Shown here: one piece after another, positions 25,858 through 39,094 of the stretch
How positions within the stretch are numbered: the first letter of the stretch is position 1
Layout: each line of letters starts with the position of its first letter
Assembly: GCF_006345805.1 (NCBI RefSeq)
Contig: NC_043009.1
Location: 1,860,001-1,924,000, forward strand
Source of the DNA: Octopus sinensis
Taxonomy: Eukaryota
Length of the DNA stretch: 64,000 bases
Reading direction: 5' to 3'
Made by a program: the position numbers and the translations under genes
Notes under the pieces: generated by a model
Told to the model about the DNA's origin: nothing
Databases searched by the model: none
What the model saw: only the letters and a program-made list of their open reading frames with translations

Positions 25858-25947
25858 TAGAGAGATAGATAGAGGTAGATAGATAGATAGATACGTAAAA
25901 AGGCTGGTAGATAGATAGCTCAATAAATAGACAGATAGATAGATAGA

Positions 25948-25978
<31 letters not shown>

Positions 25979-25985
25979 ATATATA
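24050..25985. repeat. ~950-bp tandem duplication (two copies)
   Basis: 24143 onward matches 25094 onward; differences are almost all 1-2-bp indels. Confidence 0.9.
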
Positions 25986-26776
25986 TTGATAGATAGATAG
26001 ATAGACAGATAGAAAGGTACATATAAAGACTGATAGATAGATAAATAGATAGATAGATAGATAGATAGATAAAGGGACAAAAAGAGACTGATAGACAGAA
26101 GGACAAAAAGAGACAGACAGACAGACAGACAGATAGATAAATTTCCACTTCACCTCTCCCTCTCTTAATTTTCTTCCCACTTATCCTCACATTCTCTGTC
26201 CCTTTTCTCCTCTCATCTATCTTAGACGCTCTCTTTCTCCCTCTCTCTGCATCTATCTATCTCTTTATTTTGTGTGTCCCTCTCTCTTTCTCTCTCACTA
26301 TATCATGTTTTTGTCTCCTCTCTCCTTTGCCTTCATAGATAGATAGAGAGAGATGGAGAGCGGGAGTTGGGAGAGGGAGAGCGCTGTCTGCTGCCTTTGT
26401 TCACCTCCAAATCCATGACTGACGCCTCCGTGTATGTGTGAATCGGAAATGAAACTTCAAGTAGGTAGGTGCAAAAAGGATTCGATTAACTCCTTGATAA
26501 AACTGCCCCAAGGGGAGGAGAACATCGCTCTTGATAAATGTCACATTGCAGCTAAAAGTCAGTGAAATTTCTTTAACCCTCTTGTAGCTGCCACACACAC
26601 ACACACGCACACACACACACAAGCACACAAATGCGTCTGTGTGTATGTGTGTAGGTAAATATATATGAATGTATATATACATATAAAATTATATATATAT
26701 AACTATACGCACACGTATACACACGCACACAGAGAGATTATATATATATATACATATATATGTGTATATGTGCAGG

Positions 26777-26818
<42 letters not shown>

Positions 26819-26852
26819 AGTGAGCAGATATATATATATATATATAATATAT

Positions 26853-26887
<35 letters not shown>

Positions 26888-27539
26888 AATATATATATGT
26901 ATGTGTATATATACATGTAGAAATATATGTATGCATATACACACGTCTAAATGTATTTATACACACATATATAAATATACATATGTATGATAAACACAAA
27001 AGTACGTATATAAACACACGCACACGCATATGTATGTATTTGTAGATGCACACACACACACACAGACACACACACACGCACACACACGCATGCACACGCA
27101 CGCAAACACGTACACTCATAGATATGACGTGCATGCTTATACACATGCATAGACACACAGATACGTACGTAAACATATTGACATATGTGCACAGACGTGC
27201 ACACACACACGCACACATAAATTTGCGCGCGTGCGAGTTTGTATGATAAAATAATTCGGCAAAAAGCGAAAAACAATGACCACTAAAACACACACACACA
27301 CACACACAAGCTAACAAGGACATAACAACTACACGCACACACACAAGCTAACAACTACACACACACAAGGGCGCGCGTGCGCCTATACGTCCATATTAAT
27401 TTCTCTATGACTCTTGTAGTCCTTCCCTTCGGTTCTCCCTCGCACACACACTCTCTCTAACACACGCATAAGCACACACACAACAGATACACATACACAT
27501 ACGCGCGCGCGCGCACACGGAGTTTCTCTGCTTTCTCCT

Positions 27540-27574
<35 letters not shown>

Positions 27575-27604
27575 TCTTTCTCTCCTTCGCGCGCGCATAA
27601 ATCC

Positions 27605-28900
27605 TTATAAACAGATTGATTCCGTTGGCGGTGGAGGACGATTATGACCAACGGCAAATATGTTGGCAGTGTTTGGGACTGTGGTGGCGGTGGTGGTGGC
27701 GGCCGTTGTGGTGGTGGTTGCGGTGGTGATGGTGGTGGTGGTGGTGGTGGTGGTGGTGGTGGTGAGGGTGATGGTAGAGGTGGTATTTTGTTGTGATGTT
27801 GGTGGCTGTTATTGTGATGGTGATTGTTGTTGTTGTGGTAGTGGTGGCTGTTGTTGTTGTTGTTGTTGTGGTTGTGGTGGTGGTGGTGGCTGTTGTGGTG
27901 GTGGCTGTTGTGGTGGTGGCTCTTGTGATGTTGATGATTGTTGTTGTGGTTGTTGTTGTTGTTGTAGTGGTGTTTGTGGTTTGCTGTTGTGGTGGTGGTG
28001 GCTGGAGAGGTGGAGGTGGCTGTTGTGGTTGTTGTTGTGGTGGTGGAGGTGGCTGTTGTGGTAGTGGTTTGTTGTAGTGATGGTGATTATTGTTGTGGTG
28101 GTGGTGGCTGTTGTGGTTGTTGTTGTTGTTGTTGTGGTGGTAGTGGCTGTTGTGGTAGTGGTGGCGGCGGCGGTGGTTTGTTGTTGTGGTGTTGATATGC
28201 TGTTGTTGTTGCGGTAGTAGTGGTTTGCTGTTGTTGTTGTTGTGGCGGTGGTAGTCGTGATGGCCATGATGGCGGCGGTGGTTATATCGATGGTTGTTTC
28301 CACGGTAGTAGCGACGGTGTTGGTTGGTTGGTGGTCTTTCTGAGAATTAACTGCGGTGGACTTGGGTGGTTGGTTGGTTGGCTGGTTGGTTGGTTGGTGA
28401 TGATGCTCGTTGCTAGGGTGGAGTAGATAGTTCCGATGCCGGTGGGGGGTGGTGCTGGCTGAGATATTGACTCTCGTTGTAGTATTAATGGTTGTTGTGA
28501 AAATAGTATAGGTGGTAGTTGGAATCTTAATGGCTGCCGTGATGGTTCACGTTTTGGCTTGTGCTGTCGTGGTGTTGGTGAGAACGGGTTTGGGGCTGGC
28601 TGTGGTGGTAGAGGTATCAAAGACAGTTGGAAGGATGTAGTATGACTGATGCTGGAGCTGGTCATTGTAGGAACGGTGTTGCAGGTGGCTGTGGAGGTAG
28701 TTGAGTTGGTGGTGAGAATGGTGTTGCTTGTAGAAATGTTGTGGATTCTTAAAGCAGTGGATGCAGTTATTGTGATATTAGTACGGTGATTTTTTAACGG
28801 GTGGAGAGCTGAACCACCCTGGGGTACAGAGGATTCGCAATCTAGACTAGGGTCTGAAAGTTTACCACACCATAGTGGGTTACACCATGATTCCTCTGCT
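27605..28900 (-). other. Frameshifted Thr-rich (mucin-like) reading frame or decayed ACN repeat
   Basis: ACN codons dominate across about 1.3 kb when frames are switched at single-base indels; one TGA at 28547-28549; several N-x-S/T sequons. Confidence 0.35.
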
Positions 28901-28909
28901 TTGTGGCAG

Positions 28910-29100
28910 AAGTAGGAAGAAAGAGTGAGAGAAAGTTGTGGTGAAAGAATACTGCGGGGTTCACCACCACCACCCACCGAAGCCTCGTGGAACTTAGGTG
29001 CTTTTACTCAATAAACATTCACAATGCCCGGTCTGGGAATCGAAACCACGTTCTTACCACCGCGAGTCTGCAGCCCTAACCACTGCACCATTGCGCTTCC
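28910..29100 (-). mobile_element. tRNA-headed SINE family D, 5' part
   Basis: Similar to 32460-32645 and 30000-30145. Confidence 0.8.
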
Positions 29101-29134
29101 ACGCCTGTTGTCGTTGCTATTTGTTACCAGCGAA

Positions 29135-29910
29135 GGCGGTGAGCTGGCAGAGTGGTTAGCATACCGGGCGAAATGCTTAGCGTATTTCGTCTGCCGTTAC
29201 GTTCTGAGTCCAAATTCCGCCGAGGTCGACTTTGCCTTTCATCCTTTTGGGGTCGATAAATTAAGTACCAGTTACGCACTAGGGTTGATGTAATCGACTT
29301 AATCCCTTTGTTTGTCCTTTCTATGTTTATCCCCTTGTGGGAAATAAATAAATAAGAAAGTTAGCACGCCGGGCGAAATGCTTAGTGCTAATTCGTCTGC
29401 CGCTACGTTCTGAGTTGAAATTCCGCCGAGGTGGACTTAGCCTTTCATCCTTTTGGGGTCGACTAAATAACTACCAGTTACGCTCTGGGGTCGATATAAT
29501 CGACTTAATCCATTTGTCTGTCATTGTTTGTCATCTCTGTGTTAAGCTCCTTGTGGTTAGTAAAGAAATAGGCATTTCGTCTGACGTAACGTCTGAGTTC
29601 AAATTTCGCCGAGGTTGACTTTGCCTTTCATCCTTTCGGAGTCGATATATTAAGTACCATTTACGCACTAGGGTCGATGTAATCGATTTAGTCCTTTTGT
29701 CTGTCCTTGTTTGTCCCCCTGTATGTTTAGCCCCTTGTGGGCAATAAAGAAATAAGGAACGTTAAGCACGCCGGGCGAAACGCTTAACGGCATTTCATAT
29801 GTGTTTATGTTCTGAGTTCAAATTCTGCCGAGATTGACTTTGTCTTTCATTCTTTCTGGGTCTATGACATACGTACCAGTTGAATACTGGGGTCAATATA
29901 ATCGAGTTAT
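29135..29910 (+). mobile_element. Head-to-tail array of four SINE A units
   Basis: Units start near 29135, 29359, 29575 and 29760; later units lack the first bases of the head. Confidence 0.85.
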
Positions 29911-29999
29911 CTCATCCCGCTGAACTTTCTGGTTTTGTGTCAAAATTTGAAGCCAATATTTGTTGTCGCTTCTGTAGTATCGCTTGATTTTGTGGTAAT

Positions 30000-30260
30000 T
30001 AATATTGAAATATCGGGTTCGAATCTCAGACCGGGTGATGTGTGTGTTTAAGAGCGAAACACCTAAGATCCGCGCAGCTCCGGCAGAAGGTAATGCCGAC
30101 TCTTTCGCCACAACTTTCTCTCACTCTTTCCTCCTGCTTATTGCAGCTCACCTGCGACGAACCGGCATCCTGTTCAGGTGGGGATCTATACACGAAGGAA
30201 ACCGGGAAACAAGCCCTTATGAGCCAAGTATGACTCGAAAAGGAAGAAACAATATTGTAA
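30000..30260 (+). mobile_element. Degenerate SINE D with a different 3' tail
   Basis: The head and CTCACTCTTTC segment match D; the downstream sequence differs from 32258-32455. Confidence 0.55.
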
Positions 30261-30269
30261 TAGTGGTTT

Positions 30270-30684
30270 CAGATTTTGGTACAAGGGCAACAATTTCGAA
30301 GTAGGGAGTTTGTTGATTACATCGACCCCCACTGCTAGACTGGTATTTATTCTGTCGAACCCATAAAGATTAAAATCAAATTCGACTTCAGGTGGATTTG
30401 AACTCAGACCATAAAGACGGACAAAATGTCGCTAAGGCCTTTTTGCTTGCTCGACATGCTAACGTTTCAGCCAGCTCGCCGCTTTGATATTGTTGTAGCA
30501 TTAAAGAGTTGCGCTGCTGGATGTATGGGTATTAAATATTGGTTTAAAATTTTGGCACAACATCAGGAATTTCGGTGTGGTGAGCTAGTCGATTGCATCA
30601 ATCCCAGTATTCAACTGGTACTTATTTTAGCGGCTTCGAAAGGACGAAAATCAAAGCCAATCTTGGTGAAATTTGAACTCAGAG
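30270..30684 (-). mobile_element. Two degenerate SINE A copies
   Basis: Reverse-complement A motifs (TTTGAACTCAGA, GCCAGCTCGCCGC). Confidence 0.7.
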
Positions 30685-31090
30685 CGTAGGAGTGGCTGTG
30701 TGGTAAGTAGCTTGCTTACCAGGTTCAGTCCCCCTGCATGGCACCTTGGAGAAGTGTCTTCTACTATAGCCTCGGGCCGACCAAGACCTTGTGAGTGGAT
30801 TTGGTAGATATTTGGTAGATATATATATATATGTATATATATATACATATACGTGTGTGTGTGTGTATGTATATATGTTTGTGTATCTGTGTTTGTCCCC
30901 CCAACATCGCTTGACAACCGATGCTGGTGTGTTTACGTCCCCGTAACTTAGCGGTTCGGCAAAAGAGACCGATAGAGTATGTACTAGGCTTACAAAGAAT
31001 AAGTCCTGGGGTCGATTTGCTCGACTAAAGGCGGTGCTCCAGCATGGCCGCAGTCAAATGGCTGAAACAAGTAAAAGAGTAAAAGAGAAC
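30685..31090 (+). mobile_element. SINE B, full length
   Basis: Starts GCGTAGGAGTGGCTGTGTGGTAAG, ends GTAAAAGAGTAAAAGAG. Confidence 0.9.
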
Positions 31091-31541
31091 TTAAAGATGA
31101 ATGAAATTCCGCTGAGCATTTTTGCCCAACATGCTAACTATTCTTCCAGCCCGCCGCCGCCTTGATATTGTTGTAACATTAAAGGATTGCGCTGCTAGAT
31201 GTAGAGGTATTCAACGTTGCCTACATTATTGTGCTTTATTGCTGTACCATGCTTAGTGTTAACTATGAATGTAAGGCGGTAAGCTGACAAAATCCTTAAC
31301 TCGTCGGACAAGATGCTTTGTAGTTCTTCTGGTTCCTAATGTTCTGGGTTCAAATTCTGTCAGGGTCAACTTTTCCTTTAACCTTTCGGAGTCAATAAAG
31401 TACCAGTTAAGTATTGGGGGATCAATGTAATCGACGAACTCCTACACAATTTAAAATAATTATCGACGTAAATAATTCACCATATATTTTGTGGTTTTGA
31501 CTTTATAGAATAAATTATTATTATTTTTAGATATTATTTGT

Positions 31542-31863
31542 GAAGGCGCGTGGCTTAGTGGTAAGGGCATTCGGCTCGCGATCGTAGGGTGGCGAGTTCG
31601 ATTCTCGGCGGTGCGTTATGTCCTTGAGCAAGGCACTTTATTTCACATTGCTCCAGTCCGCTCAGCTGGCAAAAATGAGTTGCACCTGTATTTCAGGGGT
31701 CAGCCTTGTCACACTCATTGTTACGCTGAATCTCCTTCAGAAGTATATGAAAGGGTACGCGTGTCTGTGGTGTGCTCAACCACTTGCACGTTAATCTCAC
31801 GGGCTGGCTGTTCCGTTGATCGGATCAACTGGAGCCCTCGTCGTCGTAAGCGATGGAGTGCCA
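31542..31863 (+). mobile_element. SINE C, full length
   Basis: GAAGGCGCGTGGCTTAGTGGTAAGGG head and GAGTTCGATTC B-box. Confidence 0.85.
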
Positions 31864-32257
31864 GTTTATTTTTTAAAATAAACTATTATTAGTAATTGTT
31901 GAAAACACCGAGGCGGCGAGCTGGCAGAATCGTAAGCGCGTCGGATAAAATGCTTAGCGGCGTTTCGTCTGCCTTCTGAGTTCAAATTCTGCCGAGGTCA
32001 CTTTTACCTTTCATCCTTTCGATTTGATTATCGTGTTATAAGAAACTTTACTGATTTTCGAAATGGAACTGTATACCATTTCGAATGGAATTATCTTCTT
32101 ATTGGAATTTTCTCTCTAATCTCGATATGGGACCAACTGTATTTGATGTATTGATTAAGGAATTTTATTAATCAATCATCGACTCATGAATGTTTATGTT
32201 AGAGACTAACAAACTGCGTGTTACCGCCATCACTCACCTGATTCTACTACATTATTA

Positions 32258-32645
32258 TTAATCGTGGCACTCCGTCGGTTGCGACGAGGAGGGTTCCAGT
32301 TGATCTGACCAACAGAACAGCCTGTTCGTGAAATTAACGTGCAAGTGGCTGAGCACTCCACAGACACGTGTGCCCTTAACGTAGATCTCGGGGAGATTCA
32401 GCGTGACACAGAATATGACAAGGCTGGCCCTTTGAAATACGGGTACAAGAGAAACAGGAAGAAAGAGTGAGAGAAAGTTGTGGTGACAGAGTACAGCAGG
32501 GTTGGCCACCCTGCCATGCCGGAGCCTCGTAGATCTTTAGGTGTTTTCGCTCAGTAAACACTCACAACACTCCGTCTGGGAATCGAAACCGCGATCCTAC
32601 GACCGCAAGTCTGCTGCCCCAACCACTGGACCATTGCGCCTCCAC
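32258..32645 (-). mobile_element. SINE D, full length, sharing its 3' half with SINE C
   Basis: 32258-32455 matches the C tail; 32460-32645 is the D head. Confidence 0.85.
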
Positions 32646-32997
32646 TATTATTAATACACATACAGGAACTTTTATCTCCAGACAAAAAGCCCGTCCTTTT
32701 CCTTAATGACATGTCAATTCTGGAGAAAATTCTGAATTCGTGACGGATTATTTCCCTTCCCAAGTGGAACCGATCATAATTGGCATTTGATAATGAATAT
32801 TCTTTAGATGCGGAGGTAATTCTCATAAATCATGAAGTTTTGTTTAACATAGCGGTATTTATCTATGTTTTTGAAATACAGGCAAAAAGCCACTTCCAGT
32901 TTCTTTTAGCTCATTATTGCTTAAATTATGCGCGGGTGTATAATGTAATATACACCATAACATAATATGATGGAGACTATATAAGATGTAGAACATA

Positions 32998-33028
<31 letters not shown>

Positions 33029-33349
33029 AAATAAAGCCGGTGCTCCAGCATGACCACAGTCAAATGACTGAAACAAATAAAAGCAAAAAAATACATACAT
33101 ACATATACAAATATACAGCTGCATCCCTATAATGATCGTGCGTGCGCATCCATCATGCACGTGTACACACATACACAAACACGCAAAAATACGCACCAAC
33201 ACCCATCCACCTACATAGCTCTACACCGTTCGGTGTTTGTATGTATTCCCTATCTGTATGAATCACTGAAACCACCCACCACTCTTTGGCATTGTCTGTC
33301 CCCACTGTCTCTTTGTCTACCTCATTATTGATCTATCAGCCTTTCTTTT

Positions 33350-33800
<451 letters not shown>

Positions 33801-34308
33801 ATCAATTTATTCGATATCTAATGATTTGTTAAATATCAACCATAAGCTTTTTGAATTACTGTTTCAATTCCATTGTTTTTTTCCCCTCCTTTTTCGGAAT
33901 CTCATAAAATATGATTGATGACATTAGGTCCTGTGGGGTTACAGAAAACTTTCTCTTCCAATTACCCATACAATTAAATATGCAGATTTTGTTTTGGTGA
34001 AGAAGTTCTGAGACGAGGTCAAAGGTTTTCAATATATTCAGACTATGGTCTTTGCTTTCCACATGAATCCTCTCTTTCCATTTGAATAAAACCTTTCAAA
34101 TTAACCATTTAACGTTAATGCTTGTTTTACGGTGATAACATAGCCATAAGCAGATGAAAGACGAATCATTGTCTTAATATAACATTGTGTATTATCGTTA
34201 TCTTCACCCGGGATCGTATCATACAATTCCCTCTTTCTTAATCAATATTTACGAAAGGTTTGTACTCTGTGCAAAGCATAGCAAAACGGACCAACCTTTT
34301 TACTACAG

Positions 34309-34434
34309 AAATATATCCACTCAGAATTTCATTACTCTCAACTGCAGAAAGCAGTTTTGTATACCAATCTATCTATTGTTGGGAAATGTCACGTTTGAAA
34401 CTAGTTTTTGTTGAGATATGTCAAGTTTATCGAG
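34309..34434 (+). CDS. Weak candidate internal exon (126 nt, phase 1-1)
   Basis: ctttttactacag| and GAG|gtaaat; one open frame IYPLRISLLSTAESSFVYQSIYCWEMSRLKLVFVEICQVYR; no homology recognised. Confidence 0.2.
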
Positions 34435-35182
34435 GTAAATGCGACTTAGAGAAAAGATCAATTCTATTTTTGGTAGATGTTTATATCAGTACTGGAATAA
34501 CATTGATATTTAATTTCAGAGTTAAAGAGTTAAATCCAAAATTCAGTTTCCGACCAGAGATAACAACAGAAATCATGCCGCAGATTTTAACTGAAGAAAG
34601 ACGCATAATTTAGGCGGTTTTATACAACGTATAATTAATATATGACGTGTAATTTAAACGATTTTATATAACGCATAATTTATATATGATGTATAATTTG
34701 AGCGGGTTTATATAACGTATAATTTATATATGTCAAATAATTTACATATAATACATAATTGAAGTGGTTTTACATCCAAAATTACACTAATACAATCAAC
34801 TTTAGAGCATCTCATGTGTGTGAAGGACATACAACGTTTGTGTTATCTTGTTCATTAGTTGTTTAATTCTAGATCCTTCTTGAATAAGCAATTAAATATT
34901 CAAAGACGTTCCAAACATGTCCATCCTAGTGCATATTACTTCAATTATGTATTTCTTTTATAAGATGTTAGTGTGTTATTTGAGAGACATTTAACTGCCG
35001 TTTACAGCAGTAAAGACTTGCAGCAGAAGATAATGCAATTCGTCTCAGATCCCATGTCGTCACATCCTGACACTGATAGCTCGTGCTAGCTTCAAAGCAA
35101 TAGATTTTATTCTTAAATCTGCTGCCATACAAGACTTCAATATGGTAATATGGTAATTGGAAGCATTATCGAAGATTTCTCC

Positions 35183-35545
35183 GGCGGTGAGCTAGCAGAA
35201 ACTTTACAGTGCCGGACAAAATGCTTAGCGGTATTTCATCTGTCTTTACGTTCTGAGTTCAAATTCCACCGAGGTCGACTTTGCCTTTCATCCTTTCGGG
35301 GTCGATTAAATAAGTACCAGTTACGCACTGGGGTCGATGTAATCGACTTAATCCATTTGTCTGTCCTTGTTTGTCCTCTCTGTGTTCAGGGTAGTAAAGA
35401 AATAGGTATTTCATCTGTCTTTACGTTCTGAGTTGAAATTCCACCGAGGTCGACTTTACCTTTCATTATTTCGACGCTGATAAATTGAAGTACCAGTTGC
35501 GCATTGGGGGTCGATGTAATCGACTACACACTTCCACCCAATTTC
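35183..35545 (+). mobile_element. SINE A dimer
   Basis: Two consecutive A units. Confidence 0.85.
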
Positions 35546-35566
35546 CAGCCTTGGGATTATGTTATA

Positions 35567-35600
<34 letters not shown>

Positions 35601-36140
35601 GAGTGAGAAAGCATTGCATGCCATCAAAGTGAAACTGGGGTAAAATACACGAAGCCCATCATGACTACTCGTCTGATAAGGGTACTCAAGGCACATGCAT
35701 CACAAACATATGTGCGCGACTTGGTGATCTCATATCAAGATAAACAGCGCATGACCTTGCAGGTGGGGCCCCAGTTAGAATTTTCTTTTGGTCGAGTAAC
35801 CCATCCCGCTCAAAAGGTCCCTGAATAAGGGTTGTTTAAGGATGTTGAACGAAACACCCATTATTCCAGTGGTGAATCATTCAAACCTCAAAGAATCCCT
35901 CTCAACACATGGCTATGATGCTCCCCCACTACTTCTGCTCCTGATCAGAGATGCACATATAGTCAACCACCAAGGGACATGCTTTAACTAGTTAAAGTCA
36001 TAGAACTGACAAGCAAATCTGTGGTATTGAGCAGAATATTTGCTGTAGCCCATCTTTTATGCCAAGACAAAACAATATACATGATAACACTTCCTATCAG
36101 TTAAGATCAGAAGCCACGAGGGCCACTGCGTGGTACTGCA

Positions 36141-36141
<1 letters not shown>
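35601..36141 (-). mobile_element. ~550-bp (AAT)n-embedded element
   Basis: Reverse complement of 1055-1557; flanked by (ATT)n. Confidence 0.9.
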
Positions 36142-36175
<34 letters not shown>

Positions 36176-36234
36176 TATATTATTATTATTATTATATTAT
36201 TATTATTATCATATTATTATTATTATTATTATTA

Positions 36235-36269
<35 letters not shown>

Positions 36270-36270
<1 letters not shown>

Positions 36271-37530
36271 AGGCGGCAAGCTGGCAGAATCGGTAGCACG
36301 CCTTACAAGATGCTCAGGGGCATTTCGTCCGTCTTTACGTTCTGAGATCGTATACCGCCGAAGTCGACTTTACCTTTCATTCTTTCGGGGTCAATAAAAT
36401 GAAATATTAGCATCGATGTAATTGGCTAACACCCTCTCTCAAAATTTCCGGTCGTGCGCCTATATTAGAGAGGATTATTAAATATTTGTTTATGATTGTT
36501 GGCATGGTTATGTAATTAAAAATTTGGCTTGGCAACCACGTGGTTTCGGTTTCAATCCCACTGCACGGCACAATGGGCAAGTGTCTTCTACTGCAGCCTC
36601 CGATGACTTTATGAGTGATATTGGCTGACGGAAACTGAGCGCAATCCAGTTGTGCTTGTTTGTTTGTGTGTGTATGTGTGTGTTTGTGTGTATGTATCTA
36701 CCTATCTATCTATACACATACATATATTGGAATGTGTGTGTGGCATTGTGTTTACGTTTGTCTCTCTTAATTGGTGTGACTCGATAATGGTTTGTTTATG
36801 TCACCGTAACTTAGTAGAAAAGCAAAAAGGCCCAGTAGAATAAATATTGGACAAATCGCACAAGGCGGTGCTCCAGCATAGCCGTATTCCAGTGACTGAA
36901 GCCAGTAAAAGAATAACTGAGACACTTCATAGGGAAACATTTCGAACTAAATTTCTTTCATTTCTTATATATTATTTATTAGTTTTTTATCGCACCTTCT
37001 AAAACCCTTAAAATCACCAATTATCTTGTCCCACGTCGGAAGTAATTAACCGTTTTAAATATTTAAATCCTTAAAAATGTTTGAGCCCGAAGGCCGCGGC
37101 CATGCTGGGGCACCACCGCTGTGAAATTTTGGAAGAAAGGTAGCATGTTTGGGGATGGGCTAAGTCGATTAAACCAACCCTATTTTTCAACTGGTACTTA
37201 TTTTATCGACTCCAAAGGGATGAAAGGCAAAGTCGACCCTGGCAGAGTTTGAACTCACAATGTAAAGCATTTTGCAAGGCGTGCTAACGGTTCTTATTTC
37301 TTTATTGCCTAACAAGGGGCCAAACATAGAGGGGACAAAGAAGGACAGACAAAGGGATTAAGTCGATTACATTGGCCCCAGTGTGTAACTGGCACTTAAT
37401 TTATCGACCCCGAAAGAATGAAAGGCAAAGTCGACCTCGGCGGAATTTGAACTCAGAACTTAACGGCAGACGAAATACGGCTACGCATTTCGCCCGGCGT
37501 GCTAACGTTTCTGTCAGATCGCCGCCTTAG
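36270..37530. mobile_element. Cluster of degenerate SINEs (A at 36270+, B at 36520+, two A at 37130-37530 minus)
   Basis: Family motifs are recognisable. Confidence 0.75.
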
Positions 37531-37943
37531 TACCACATATAATATAAATATTCAACTATGGTAGCCAGCGCAATCATGGTATCATGGTGGATCTTGCAAT
37601 TATACACTTCGAAACCAAAGGAACTCTGCCAAGAGATAATCACAAATGCTTCATCAATGAAATATAGGGGTAATCAATCCACACTTACAGACGTAAAAAT
37701 TATGAGCTCGCATCGCAATTTGAAAATATCTACGTTTGATTTAATGCTGGTTGAGGTCAGGCCTCTTAAAATATAGCGAAGTCTTTGGACGCAGCTTATA
37801 TATGTATTTATGATTTATAATGCTCTACTCATTTCACTCTATGAAACCACTCGAGTTTTGGATAGGCTAAATATAAACCTCGTATGTTTTTGTTATTTTA
37901 ATGCAAGCTCCCATTATTTATTTAATAGAAATAATAATTGTGT

Positions 37944-38041
<98 letters not shown>

Positions 38042-38224
38042 GTCTGTCTGTCTATCTATCTATCTGTCTGTCTGTCTATCTATCTATCTGTCTATCTATC
38101 AGTTTGTCTACCTGTCTATCTACGTATCTATTTATCTATTTTTCAATTTAATGATGATGATGATGAAGGTGATGATGATGATAATACCGATGAAGATGAT
38201 TAATATGTAACTTACATAAGTTTT

Positions 38225-38460
38225 GACCTTCGTTGGTCCAGGCCATGAGTTGTCTCTTAAGTCATGGTTTAGAACAGTATAACCGAGCGGAGTAGTGCAA
38301 CACGAGCTGTTTGCCGAGATGTATCCAGATGTCGTTGGTTTGTCTGATATTTCCTGGAAGAATTTTTCGAGGTGATGTTTGAAAGTTACAGGATCTCTCT
38401 CTTCGAATTCTTTCGGAATAATGCTGAATAAAGCAAGAAGAAATGTTGTGCCGCAATGCT
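38225..38460 (-). mobile_element. CR1-like LINE 3' end
   Basis: LFSIIPKEFEERDPVTFKHHLEKFFQEISDKPTTSGYISANS matches the FKxxLDxFLxxIPDxPxxxGY C-terminal pattern of CR1-type elements. Confidence 0.65.
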
Positions 38461-38474
38461 GTTATGTGATATCT

Positions 38475-38840
38475 CTTTTTACTCTTTTACTTGATTTAGT
38501 CATTTGACTGCGGCCATGCTGGAGCACCGCCTTTAATCGAGCAAGTCGACCCTATGACTTATTCTTTGTAAGCCTAGTACTTATTCTATCGGCCTCTTAT
38601 GCAGAACCGCTAAGTTACGGGGACGTAAACTCACTAGCATCGGTTGTCAAGCAATGCTTGACACAAACACACAACACAGACACACAAACACAGACACAAA
38701 CACACATATACATATATACGACGGGCTTCTTTCAGTTTCCGTCTACCAAATCCACTCACAAGGCTCTGGTCGGCCCGAGGCTATAGTAGAAGATACTTGC
38801 CCAAGGTGCCACGCAGTGGGACTGAATCCGAAACCATGTG
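38475..38840 (-). mobile_element. SINE B lacking the extreme head
   Basis: Reverse complement of B. Confidence 0.9.
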
Positions 38841-38930
38841 AAGGCTGGAAGGTATATCAGCCGAAACATTGTGTTAACAACAAACAAGATGAGGACAAAT
38901 ATCCGTCAAATGTAAATAATGTAAATAAAG
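38839..38930 (+). mobile_element. Penelope-like repeat end with truncated hammerhead
   Basis: TGA-A-GGCTG(gaaggtatat)CAGCC-GAAAC; the 5' part of the core is replaced by the SINE. Confidence 0.5.
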
Positions 38931-39094
38931 AATAATGTTTATATGTTGTGCTTGAAAATAAAGAACAGATAGTTCGACAAAGGACCTGACAGCAAGTTTT
39001 ATTAAGTTAATGACACAACATGGTGATACAAATTGCCAAAAATCATAATAAAAATTCGAAAAACGTTTGAGCCGACCTAGTATATATATAACTA

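Noticed and set aside
26401-26600. Open frames on both strands with possible splice sites
   Set aside because: Short, strand-ambiguous and without homology.
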